A DNA stretch of 64,000 nucleotides from Candidatus Altimarinota bacterium (lineage in GTDB: Bacteria > Patescibacteriota > Gracilibacteria > CAIRYL01), in contig OZ252287.1 of assembly GCA_965250085.1 (NCBI GenBank), forward strand, positions 192,001 to 256,000, written 5' to 3'. Shown here in pieces: positions 8,530 to 18,057 of this stretch; the first letter of the stretch is position 1, and the number at the start of each line of letters is the position of its first letter. A program made the translations under genes and the position numbers. The notes beneath the pieces are model-generated. The model searched no databases. It was not told the DNA's origin and saw only the letters and a list, made by a program, of their open reading frames with translations.

Positions 8530-11500
8530 TTAAAAGGAAAGAGGAGTACTTTCAGAAAAAATAACAGTATTTTCTGTATTTAATATCGCGGCTTTGATGA
8601 GATCTCCCGCACGAATATCACTTACAAAATCCAGAAGCCCACACAGAGCCGGGTCACCGGGGAAGATATGAACTCCTGGAGATAGGAGTTCTGCTTCCGG
8701 AATGATCGGACATCCCCGTGCGTCATCCAGATCTGTGGGGAGAAATGGACACACATCCTTCTTTCCATCTGTATCTCCATCTCCATCGCCATTACTATCT
8801 CCTGAAAGATCTGAGTCCGTGCCAGTATCCGAAGTGTTGGTATCAGTATCTGTTTCATCCGTTGAAGAAGTATCGTCTGCATCGCCTTCAGATGAATCCC
8901 CATCTTGAGTATCATCATCTGCATCATCACCAAATGGATTGGTACCTGCCGCAATTTCATCTGCATTGGAAACTCCATCTGCGTCCGCATCTTCATCGGC
9001 ATCATTGGGATCGGTCTCATCTAGTCCGACGTCTATCTCTTCAAAATCCATCAGTCCATCACCATCGGTGTCTTTTTCCCGGCAGTCGGCGACATCTAGA
9101 ATCTTTTTGGCCATAAAGGCAAATTCGGCGCGAGTGATCGGTTGCTCGGGCAGGACAAACCCTCCGTCTCGTACGGGAATAAGTCCCAGATTGATACCCG
9201 TCAGCACATATGGGGAGTACCAGGCATCATCAGGCACATCTCTGAGAGTGTCAGAAACATCAGATGTTTCTTCGAGCGATACTTCTGCAGATCTGAGGAG
9301 AATAGCTACTGCTTCTGCCCTGGAAATATTATTCACGGGTTTGAACTGCCCGTCACCATATCCTTCTATCATTCCCAGCTTTTTGGCCTTTGAAACGCAG
9401 AACGCATACCACTGTTCAAATGAGACATCGGGGAATGGGAATGGTTCAAAAAATCGATCGATTTCTGCTGTACTGGGGTTGGTACAATCCGCGCAAGCAG
9501 TTGCGCCCAGAACTATTTTGACAAATTCTGCACGGGTGATCTGCTGATCCGGACGAAAGGTGCTATCGGCATATCCTTCCAGGATATTTCGTGTGTACAG
9601 TTCAAAAATAGCATCGGCATAGGGATGCTCTGCATTGAGATCCGAGAAAGGAAATTCCAGAGTGGTGGTAATAATTTCTGCAGGATCTTGGTGAGAAGAA
9701 GCAAATTTGGAAACGTCTTGTTTTACTGCAAGTCGAGAAGATTTGGCAGTAAGATCTTCTCCCTGATGCAGAACGATGTCTTGAAAGTTTGTTGTGATGA
9801 AGATATCGAAGACAACATCATTATTTCTCAGAACCTCCAAAACAAGTGGTTCGGATGCAGGATCCTGAACTGTTTTGAGTCTGAGGTTCATATCATTTTG
9901 AGTGAATCTGATATCGCCTTCTTTGGAAATCATGGCCAAGGTCTTTTGCTCGTTTGCATCAAAAATGATTCCGCCTCCGGCAAATACACTTGCATCAGCC
10001 GGAAGATTTCCGAACTCAATTTGATCTTGAATATCGCGATCAAAGACACTGACTCCAGAAAGACGTCCCACTGATCCCTTCGTAAACTCGAATAGAGAAA
10101 GATACACATCACTTCTGTCATTAGCGATCAGGAAGACGCTACTGGCGATACGCCCATCCGAAGAGACGATAGCGACTCTGGGGAAATAGGTTCCATCCCC
10201 AGGAAATACCTCCAGGCGATACCCAGGAGCTTCCAAAATGATCTGACCAGTACTGGCAGAAACTCTGCCGATTATTTTTCCTGCAGTATCTTTGATCACC
10301 GCATCTGAAGAAAGGGAAAGATCTGGAACCGTAAATGTCCCCTTCTGATCTGTCATATATCTTCCACTCTGATCTGCGGAAGAGGTTTTGATCATTTTCC
10401 AGGTATCAAACCGGTTTCTCAGGAGCGAGATCGGAATATCTTTCAGCGGTGGAGATACTCTCCCCGTTATTTTCTTTTGTGCAAGATCTGCTTCTGTAAG
10501 GATTACATCAGGTGCAAATACTTCGAGAAGAAGAGGTACTTCTGTTGCATTCCCCCCTTCATCTGTCGCTGTCAGCAATATTCCCTTTGTTTGAGGCTCA
10601 TCAAATGGTCCCACTTGCACTTCATATCCCTGAGCATCTGTCACCCCATCTCTATCGAGATCCCATGCAAATGAGAGACTACTTTCAAAATCAAAGATAC
10701 CCTCGGCAGAAATATTTTCTGTTGTAAAGATGGGAATCCTCTTGGTACTCTCGCCGACAAACAGCGGACTCGAATCATCATTTTGAGCAATAGATGCCGC
10801 CAAGTGTCCTTCCGAGAGAGTTCCTGTCTTTCCATCAGCCATCAGATATCGCATCTTTATGGTCCAAAATCCTTCTTCGAGATCAAATTCGGTAAACGGT
10901 ACTATAAGTTCTGAAATCATTATTTCTTCATCGCGTTCAATATTCATTTCTTCTTTCAAGACATATTGAGACCTTGGGCCGGAGAGAAAGACATCACGCT
11001 CCGCACCAGTAGGAAGGTGTTCTTCCTTGAGAAGCAGTACATACTTTGTTTTACTCCCAGTATCTCGTACATGACCAGTGAGAGCGTTTGTAAGAATAAT
11101 TTCTACTCCAGCAATGCGAGGAGCATCTCTCTCTGCAAAAGAAAGAGATACTTGAGATCCGTTCATTTGGAGAGAAATGTTTTTCACTGCATCTATCTCA
11201 GGAGTAAAGCTTGAGAGTGACCCTATTTCCGGATCAAATGGAACTGGAAGTTTTGGTTTTTCAAACGTTCTGTTTTCTTTGACCAGCACTCTCTCCGCTG
11301 TGAGCAGTAGAAGGTCTTCATCACCATCTCTATCAATATCAACAAATCTCATATCTCGGACAGAATTAGCAAAATCATCATAGGCGACTACTTTCTGAGC
11401 ACTTTTTCGTTCGTGATCATAGACAAAAACCCCTCTTCTCTGATACTCACCTGCCGGAGCGCTATTGTGAACACTTTGTGAAGAAGAATTTGAAGAAAGA

Positions 11501-14500
11501 GAGGGTGTTTGTGGTGGAGGTACTAACTGGGCGACATGCTTTTTTGGTATTTCACTCAGAGATGCAATACGCTCTGATTTTGTTTTCCTTGATCTCTCTT
11601 CCTCAAAAAGAATAGAAATATCGTCTCGTGCGAGGAGATTTCTACTTCTTTCTCTATATTGTTCTTCACGATCCAGAAGTGCCGTACGCAGATTTTGTAA
11701 ATATACATACGACGGAGTTGTCCGAAAAGGAACAAACCGTGAAGGCTCCGCAATACCAAAATGTTCAGCGGCTTCTTCCACAGAGATTTCTCCGGTTTGC
11801 TGGGAAAGCTTTTGGAGCAGAGCAAACTGCTTTATCATTTCTTGTGAAATAGGTTCAATGCTCTGATTTGGCTTTTCCAAAGAATCTACTGGGTCAGAAG
11901 GAAGTGGTGTTCGAGGAGGTAAATCATCTCCTCCCCTCTCTCCTGGAAGTGGCTGGATGCGGATATCTTCGGGAAGAGTGTGTCTGAAATCGAGAATATC
12001 TCCAAAATCAAAATGTTCATTCATGACCTTCAGGAGTTCTTTTCTTTTTTCAAATACCAATCCATTCCATTTATCCACTTGTGTTCCCACGACCTCTAAG
12101 ACAGACTCAAAACTCAAAGTAAAATTGACCTGTGTGTGGACGCGGATTTCATCGATACCAGGAATATTGACACTTGGGAAAGAAAGATTAAGAAAATCCA
12201 TGTCTAGTAGAACGGAAGCAGGGCGATTGGTCAGAGTCTCAATAATTGGTTTGAGTCCTTGTTCCGGATAGATAAAAAGTCCTTTTTTTACAAAGAGACA
12301 GTACAGTTCTAAGAGCTTACTGGTAACTCTCATGATTTTACTAATGTCTGCAGTAACTTTTGGAAGTTTTGGTGGTGGTGGCACCGTTGGGAGCTCTGGA
12401 ATGGATACATCCGGAAATGGTGGAAGTTCCGGAAGTGGAGGAAGCTGTGGTAGTAATGGAACCTCAGGAAGGACAAGAGTGACGGTTGGAACTCGAGGGA
12501 GTTTAAGCCGTGGAAGCTTTGGGAAAGGCACCTCTACAGGAAAGAATCTGAGCCGTGGAACACTTACTTCTATAGATGCTTTGATCTGAGAGATATCTAA
12601 TACAATATCTGGCAAGCTGGGGAAAGTCAGTACCGGTGGAGTCGGAAGAAGTCCCAGCACACCTTCAAACACACTATTGGCGGTCGTAAATTTTTCTGCT
12701 TTGCAGGCACTACAGTTTTTGGTGGGATTATCAATTGCTTTGATCAGATCTTCCCATTGTTTCTTTATTTCTTTTGCTGTTTCAAAAAAGAGAATCCAAG
12801 ATTTTACCCGGTTCAAATTGGTCTGGAACCACCCACTCATCAAATCTGTAATGGCATCCACGTAGCAAATAAGACCATTTATATATTTGGCGAGTTCTTC
12901 ATCAAAATGAGATACAATATTGCGGAAATTGGTGTACTCTTCGAGGATTTCCAGATTTCGATCAATAGAGTTTAGAGTGCCCTGATACGCTGTATCAACT
13001 CGTTCTTGCATTTTTTGCCATGCCTGCTTTGCTTTGGAGCATTCTTCTTCAGAAATCCCCTCTTCACATTCCCAGTGAGCTATAAACTCTTTCCAATCTG
13101 CAATTTCATTGATGGCATGCTCTTTCCAACTGCTCATATCATCCACAATACGACTCATTTCTGACCTCGGAATATGTGGCACTTGAATACTAAAGGTCTC
13201 TTCTTCAACATCCAGTAGAGGAATACTTTTCAAGAATGAATACATCTGCTCTACGCTTTCAATCTTCTGATTGATTTTTTCAGTTCCGTCTTGAATCAGA
13301 TCCAATGTATCATAGGCTGATTGTGCTCCTTCTTCTTTTTGAGCTTCCGGAGGTTCTGCAGGAGGAACTCTTTCCTCCTGATCTTCTCTGAGAGATGCTC
13401 CCGTAAAATCTGGGTATACCAGAGTAAATGTTGGCATTTCAAATGCTTTTTTTATTTCACCTATCTGCGCACTGACCCAGCGATCAAAGAGTCCAGGTCC
13501 TGGCTGAGGAACGGCATTCCGTCCGGAAGAGGTATTAAATCGTACTGTGCCAATTTCATAGTCCACCCCTATTCGTCCGGAAGTCGGTATATTCCCCTGA
13601 GTGCTACCGTCTACGACAAACGCTACATTACCTCCTACTGATGAAATAGCCTTGTCGGCTTTGGAAAGGACATTTTGAATGCTCTCATTGATCTCTTTAC
13701 ATATATTGGTCACTGAATCGAGAATGGGTACTCCCGTTGCAAAACATTTCCCTACGCTATAAAGACCATTGCACAGAGCGATGCCAGTCCCTCCATTCAA
13801 AGTAGGGGAAATATAAAATCGAAAATAACTGGTTTTATCTTTAATACACTCAGGACCGAAACATACAAATTTTGGAGGGGTTTTAGTAAACCCAAACACA
13901 GGAGCCACAAATGGTTCATTTGGACCTTTTGCTCCTTCTCCGTTTGCCAGTTTTCCCAGAGTTTGATTCAACTGATTTTCCAAATTTCCAATTCGAGATG
14001 CCAAGCCAGCACCTCCAGTGGAATTTAAAATACTTTGAAAATCTTGAATAGGTTTGAGTCCTCCCTGTAAGGTTTGAGTTGCTGCATTTACCAGTGCCTG
14101 AGAGATATTTACCGGACCGGGGACAAGAAATGCATAGTTGATCGGCAATGCAAGACATCCTCCCCCTTGGCATGTCGCATTATTGACGACATCCAATGCC
14201 TTGCCGAGCTTTCTATCGAGTGTATCCAGGTGTTCACCAAATTCACTTCCATCGGTGCCAACAGTGAGTATCCCCTCTTGAAAGCTGATCCCATCATCAA
14301 AATAATCAGCAATGCCATTCTCATTCTCATCAGCACTCCATCCATCTTGAATTCCCTGAATGTGATCTGAAATGCCATCGGCATCACTATCGGTTTCAAA
14401 AGTATCGGGAATACCATTGTGATCAGCATCAGTGATATCAGGAAGGAAGTCAGGAGTCTCTGGTTCTTCTTGCTCTCTGATATGCTTGGTGTATGACCTC

Positions 14501-17500
14501 TTTCCGGTAGAGATAAAACTCAAGATTTCCTGATCTTCTGAATTGGGAAAAAAGAAGGAAATATCTACAATTTCATCATTTGGAAATCCCTCTTCGGAGA
14601 TATGTTCCAAAATAAACTGCCCTTCTGGCACATCCGTCAATATCAGGTCATATGTAATTTGAATACTTGCCTCCGCAGGAATATTCCACACCTGCAGTAC
14701 CAATCCTTCACGAGAAGATGGAGGAATGATAATCATCTCTTCTGTGCATCCCGTGCAAGCGAGACTCTGTGGATCATATTCCATACCCGCGAGGATCATA
14801 TCTCTGAGGTGTAGCTCTGATGATTGAGAGGAAACAGTAAGCGTCACTTGCACACGATCATTTTTTTGCAGAGTGTTACCATTTACATCGTGAAGAGTTT
14901 TTTGTATTCCCCTTGCAGGAATATTTGAAAGAGCGGTAAACAAAGCAGTCTCTCCAATATTTGAATTGTGATAAGAAATACTTCCAGAATCAAAGGTGTT
15001 AGAATTTTGAATCCCATCAGTCAGTTCTGCTGCCCAAAGATTACTTCCACTTGGATTTCCTGCTGCTTGTGCTGAGAGGACTTCTGCTACTTCACTCTGA
15101 GAAGGTTTGGTATCACTTGGAATCAGAAATTCTTCTGTGAAAACTCCCTCTGGAATATCTAATCCAGAAATCAAGAGAGTATCAGATATTCCTTCGTCAG
15201 AAAGAGTTCCTCCCACAACATCTAGCCGGACAGGATCTTCCAATTCTCCGTTCCTGGTGCCATATCTGATCTGCAACTCACCACTCAGAGTATGTGCGAC
15301 CAGGTCAGAATATCCGTCCCCGTCCAAATCTTCCAGCAGTGCACTATGGACCTTGTCTTCCAGCGTTTCCTGTATAGAGAGAACACCTTTTTCATTGTGT
15401 ACCACAATATGATCATCATTGGTTTCGACCAGAAGATCTGAAAAATTATCATTCGAATCACTACTGAGAATTTGATCTATCCCCTTTGTCAGTTCCAACC
15501 CTTCTCCCCAATTTCGAAAAGCTCCTTCTGTGCTCGCGAGAAGAAATTCAGCAGTTTCAGATCCTTTTTGAAGAACAATGTCAGAAAGCTCATCTCCGTC
15601 TATCTCAGCATCATCCAAACTTTGAAAATCAAAAAATGGAGAGAAATGAACTTCTGTTCCCACTGTATTATCAAATCCAGTACTTCCTACTGCAGGAGGT
15701 TTGAGCGAAAGAGTAGGATCCCCCCATGTCATCAGAAGCGGTGTCGTCATATGCTTCATGGCATTCCCTATATTCTGACCACCAGCAATCAAAAGATTTG
15801 CAATTGCCTCCTGTTCCCATCCCACACCACCTACGTCTTGCGACACTGCATCTGAAGCACCTTCATACAGCAGGACTTCTTCTGTTTCATCAAAAAATAT
15901 ATGCCCAGCAGAAGATTCTCCGTTTTGAGGAAGAATCTTTGCTCCCTTGATGACAAACTGTCCGACATGCTTGGTGTGGTCAAGCATCAGACCTAGTTGT
16001 AAGTTTTTATTTTCATCTTGTAAAACTTTAAGAGAAAATCGATTGTCAAAGATTTGAAAAGAAAGATGTGCGTCAACACTCATAATTTTTCTTCCATCCA
16101 AAAAAATCTCAATGTTTTTATTATCTCCTGATGTGGTGAGTACATCTGCTGTATCAAGTGAAGAAAACAAAACACCATTTTCTCCTGGAGCGAAACCTTT
16201 TGTGGTCAGAACTCCATTTGCTGGGGGCAAGAGTTCAAATTCAGAAAGAGTTTTAAAAGTAATTCCGTCGAGAAGAGTAATACTCAGAGGGTCCAGTGAT
16301 GAGAGAGTTGCTACTACTGTTTCATCAATTATATGCACATCGCCATTCTCCCCAATAGAAGCTCTTTGAGCAGAGCTTGTAGCACTTTGCGTAAGTCCGG
16401 TAAAAGATAATGTTTTTCCAGAAAAAATCATGTCTTGAGCCAAATTACTATGGAGTGGATGAGCAGTAGGAGTTCCGAAAAATTGTGTCATCAAAGCATT
16501 TGGCCGTATGACAGCAAATCCTTCTGCAGTAATGGCAGATCCGAAAGAGAGTTCCAGTGGAGTCGTGGTATTTTTATATTCTGCAATAATTCTGAGTGTT
16601 CCAGTATCTCCAGAAGGCGTAATCACTACTTGGTTCCCTTCTTTTTGTGCTTGGGCAAGACTTTGGGTGCTGCTGTGAACTGTGACCGAAAGATCTTCGG
16701 GGAAATCTTCTGGGGCAGATACGACATCTCCTGAAGCAAGACGAAGAGCAAGATCGATACGAGTAGGGGAATTCAAAGAAAGAGTTTCTGGAGGGTTTAG
16801 AAAAAGAATTTCTGCAATTTCTGTGGCGCCTCCATTCTCTCCCAAGAGCAGTTTTGCTGATTGAGCATATGGCATAGTCGCCGAGAGAGTCACTGGGCCC
16901 CTGCGCACTCCCACGGGGAGAGTTGCTTTTCCTTCTTTCAAGGTATAGCGCGTATTTGAAAGAATTGCTTTGGTGGGATCAGAAATCGCAACAGTCACTT
17001 CTCCATTATTACCTATTTCGTTCCCCTCTTCTCCTTGAACTGAAATATCTACGGTAAAAAGTGTTACCCCTTTGTTTTGCTGAGGTTCTTCGTCAGAGAG
17101 TTCAAGGTTGAGCTTGAGCTCTGAAACCACTGAAACAGATATTTCTTGTGTTCCAACTACCTCAGAAGTAGCCGTGAGAGTGATTTTTCCTGTCTGGGTT
17201 GCTTGAAATGGAACCTCAAAACTTCCGGAAACGACAAAAATTTGAATTCCCGCTGCATCTGGATTGATATCCGCTACGAGAAGTTCACCTGCTCCATGAA
17301 GAGAGACAGTAATCTCAATACCTCCTGCAGCCGTTTTGACACCGTTCGCGTCAACAATATCTCCCGAAAGGTGAGACTTCATTCCCGGAGAAAGTACGAG
17401 ATCTGAAGTGGTGAGACGAATTCCCACTGGATCTTCCCGAGAGAGTGGCTCTACCAGATCTCCAGTGCGTCGATCTCTAAATGGCTGAGCACTGAGTGCA

Positions 17501-18057
17501 TCATATTCTGCATCTACGCTACAGACTCGTTTTTCAAATATGCCAAGCTCTTCAAAACTCTGTATCCAACACACGACAGAAGGGATCCATTCCCAGATAT
17601 CCACTCCATCCAATGGTGCACACTCCCCTCTTAAAGGAGGACTCTGTTCTTCATTTTCTCTCGCATCAGTTACAGAATTCTGAATCGAATCCAGCACTAT
17701 TTGATTCCATTCCAAATCACTCTCAGTTTTATCCGGCCCTTTCCAAGAGAGTGTGTTTTCTTCTCCATCAGATCGGAAGTATGCCAAAGCGTATCCTTTC
17801 TCCTTTGCTCCTGGGAGGAATTGATTTTCTGCATCAAAGAACAAACGCACCACCTCTGTATGCTTTTCATGTATATTTAATGTTTTCCAATTGAGCAAGG
17901 TTCTCAGGAGATCTGAATCAATTGAAACTATTTTTTTCTGCAAAAATCCATTTTCCGGAAGCTCTAACGCTGGGAATAGCATCACCTCTACTTCTGCTCC
18001 GAGTGGGATAAAAAGCTCTATTTCTCGTTCAAAAAAGTCAAAAACATTCTTTTCCAT
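8530..18057 (-). CDS. Giant cell-surface protein (Ig-like, FG-GAP/VCBS, TSP3-like Ca-binding, Pro-rich, 3 SLH domains); probably the C-terminal part of a split gene
   Basis: SLH motifs (GYADSTFRPDQQITRAEF, GYGDGQFKPVNNISRAEA, PEQPITRAEF), DLDGDGYSDL and DIDRDGDEDL, DTDGDGLMD and DADADGVSN. No signal peptide. Confidence 0.9.
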   Translation of the reverse strand: MEKNVFDFFEREIELFIPLGAEVEVMLFPALELPENGFLQKKIVSIDSDLLRTLLNWKTLNIHEKHTEVVRLFFDAENQFLPGAKEKGYALAYFRSDGEENTLSWKGPDKTESDLEWNQIVLDSIQNSVTDARENEEQSPPLRGECAPLDGVDIWEWIPSVVCWIQSFEELGIFEKRVCSVDAEYDALSAQPFRDRRTGDLVEPLSREDPVGIRLTTSDLVLSPGMKSHLSGDIVDANGVKTAAGGIEITVSLHGAGELLVADINPDAAGIQIFVVSGSFEVPFQATQTGKITLTATSEVVGTQEISVSVVSELKLNLELSDEEPQQNKGVTLFTVDISVQGEEGNEIGNNGEVTVAISDPTKAILSNTRYTLKEGKATLPVGVRRGPVTLSATMPYAQSAKLLLGENGGATEIAEILFLNPPETLSLNSPTRIDLALRLASGDVVSAPEDFPEDLSVTVHSSTQSLAQAQKEGNQVVITPSGDTGTLRIIAEYKNTTTPLELSFGSAITAEGFAVIRPNALMTQFFGTPTAHPLHSNLAQDMIFSGKTLSFTGLTQSATSSAQRASIGENGDVHIIDETVVATLSSLDPLSITLLDGITFKTLSEFELLPPANGVLTTKGFAPGENGVLFSSLDTADVLTTSGDNKNIEIFLDGRKIMSVDAHLSFQIFDNRFSLKVLQDENKNLQLGLMLDHTKHVGQFVIKGAKILPQNGESSAGHIFFDETEEVLLYEGASDAVSQDVGGVGWEQEAIANLLIAGGQNIGNAMKHMTTPLLMTWGDPTLSLKPPAVGSTGFDNTVGTEVHFSPFFDFQSLDDAEIDGDELSDIVLQKGSETAEFLLASTEGAFRNWGEGLELTKGIDQILSSDSNDNFSDLLVETNDDHIVVHNEKGVLSIQETLEDKVHSALLEDLDGDGYSDLVAHTLSGELQIRYGTRNGELEDPVRLDVVGGTLSDEGISDTLLISGLDIPEGVFTEEFLIPSDTKPSQSEVAEVLSAQAAGNPSGSNLWAAELTDGIQNSNTFDSGSISYHNSNIGETALFTALSNIPARGIQKTLHDVNGNTLQKNDRVQVTLTVSSQSSELHLRDMILAGMEYDPQSLACTGCTEEMIIIPPSSREGLVLQVWNIPAEASIQITYDLILTDVPEGQFILEHISEEGFPNDEIVDISFFFPNSEDQEILSFISTGKRSYTKHIREQEEPETPDFLPDITDADHNGIPDTFETDSDADGISDHIQGIQDGWSADENENGIADYFDDGISFQEGILTVGTDGSEFGEHLDTLDRKLGKALDVVNNATCQGGGCLALPINYAFLVPGPVNISQALVNAATQTLQGGLKPIQDFQSILNSTGGAGLASRIGNLENQLNQTLGKLANGEGAKGPNEPFVAPVFGFTKTPPKFVCFGPECIKDKTSYFRFYISPTLNGGTGIALCNGLYSVGKCFATGVPILDSVTNICKEINESIQNVLSKADKAISSVGGNVAFVVDGSTQGNIPTSGRIGVDYEIGTVRFNTSSGRNAVPQPGPGLFDRWVSAQIGEIKKAFEMPTFTLVYPDFTGASLREDQEERVPPAEPPEAQKEEGAQSAYDTLDLIQDGTEKINQKIESVEQMYSFLKSIPLLDVEEETFSIQVPHIPRSEMSRIVDDMSSWKEHAINEIADWKEFIAHWECEEGISEEECSKAKQAWQKMQERVDTAYQGTLNSIDRNLEILEEYTNFRNIVSHFDEELAKYINGLICYVDAITDLMSGWFQTNLNRVKSWILFFETAKEIKKQWEDLIKAIDNPTKNCSACKAEKFTTANSVFEGVLGLLPTPPVLTFPSLPDIVLDISQIKASIEVSVPRLRFFPVEVPFPKLPRLKLPRVPTVTLVLPEVPLLPQLPPLPELPPFPDVSIPELPTVPPPPKLPKVTADISKIMRVTSKLLELYCLFVKKGLFIYPEQGLKPIIETLTNRPASVLLDMDFLNLSFPSVNIPGIDEIRVHTQVNFTLSFESVLEVVGTQVDKWNGLVFEKRKELLKVMNEHFDFGDILDFRHTLPEDIRIQPLPGERGGDDLPPRTPLPSDPVDSLEKPNQSIEPISQEMIKQFALLQKLSQQTGEISVEEAAEHFGIAEPSRFVPFRTTPSYVYLQNLRTALLDREEQYRERSRNLLARDDISILFEEERSRKTKSERIASLSEIPKKHVAQLVPPPQTPSLSSNSSSQSVHNSAPAGEYQRRGVFVYDHERKSAQKVVAYDDFANSVRDMRFVDIDRDGDEDLLLLTAERVLVKENRTFEKPKLPVPFDPEIGSLSSFTPEIDAVKNISLQMNGSQVSLSFAERDAPRIAGVEIILTNALTGHVRDTGSKTKYVLLLKEEHLPTGAERDVFLSGPRSQYVLKEEMNIERDEEIMISELIVPFTEFDLEEGFWTIKMRYLMADGKTGTLSEGHLAASIAQNDDSSPLFVGESTKRIPIFTTENISAEGIFDFESSLSFAWDLDRDGVTDAQGYEVQVGPFDEPQTKGILLTATDEGGNATEVPLLLEVFAPDVILTEADLAQKKITGRVSPPLKDIPISLLRNRFDTWKMIKTSSADQSGRYMTDQKGTFTVPDLSLSSDAVIKDTAGKIIGRVSASTGQIILEAPGYRLEVFPGDGTYFPRVAIVSSDGRIASSVFLIANDRSDVYLSLFEFTKGSVGRLSGVSVFDRDIQDQIEFGNLPADASVFAGGGIIFDANEQKTLAMISKEGDIRFTQNDMNLRLKTVQDPASEPLVLEVLRNNDVVFDIFITTNFQDIVLHQGEDLTAKSSRLAVKQDVSKFASSHQDPAEIITTTLEFPFSDLNAEHPYADAIFELYTRNILEGYADSTFRPDQQITRAEFVKIVLGATACADCTNPSTAEIDRFFEPFPFPDVSFEQWYAFCVSKAKKLGMIEGYGDGQFKPVNNISRAEAVAILLRSAEVSLEETSDVSDTLRDVPDDAWYSPYVLTGINLGLIPVRDGGFVLPEQPITRAEFAFMAKKILDVADCREKDTDGDGLMDFEEIDVGLDETDPNDADEDADADGVSNADEIAAGTNPFGDDADDDTQDGDSSEGDADDTSSTDETDTDTNTSDTGTDSDLSGDSNGDGDGDTDGKKDVCPFLPTDLDDARGCPIIPEAELLSPGVHIFPGDPALCGLLDFVSDIRAGDLIKAAILNTENTVIFSESTPLSF

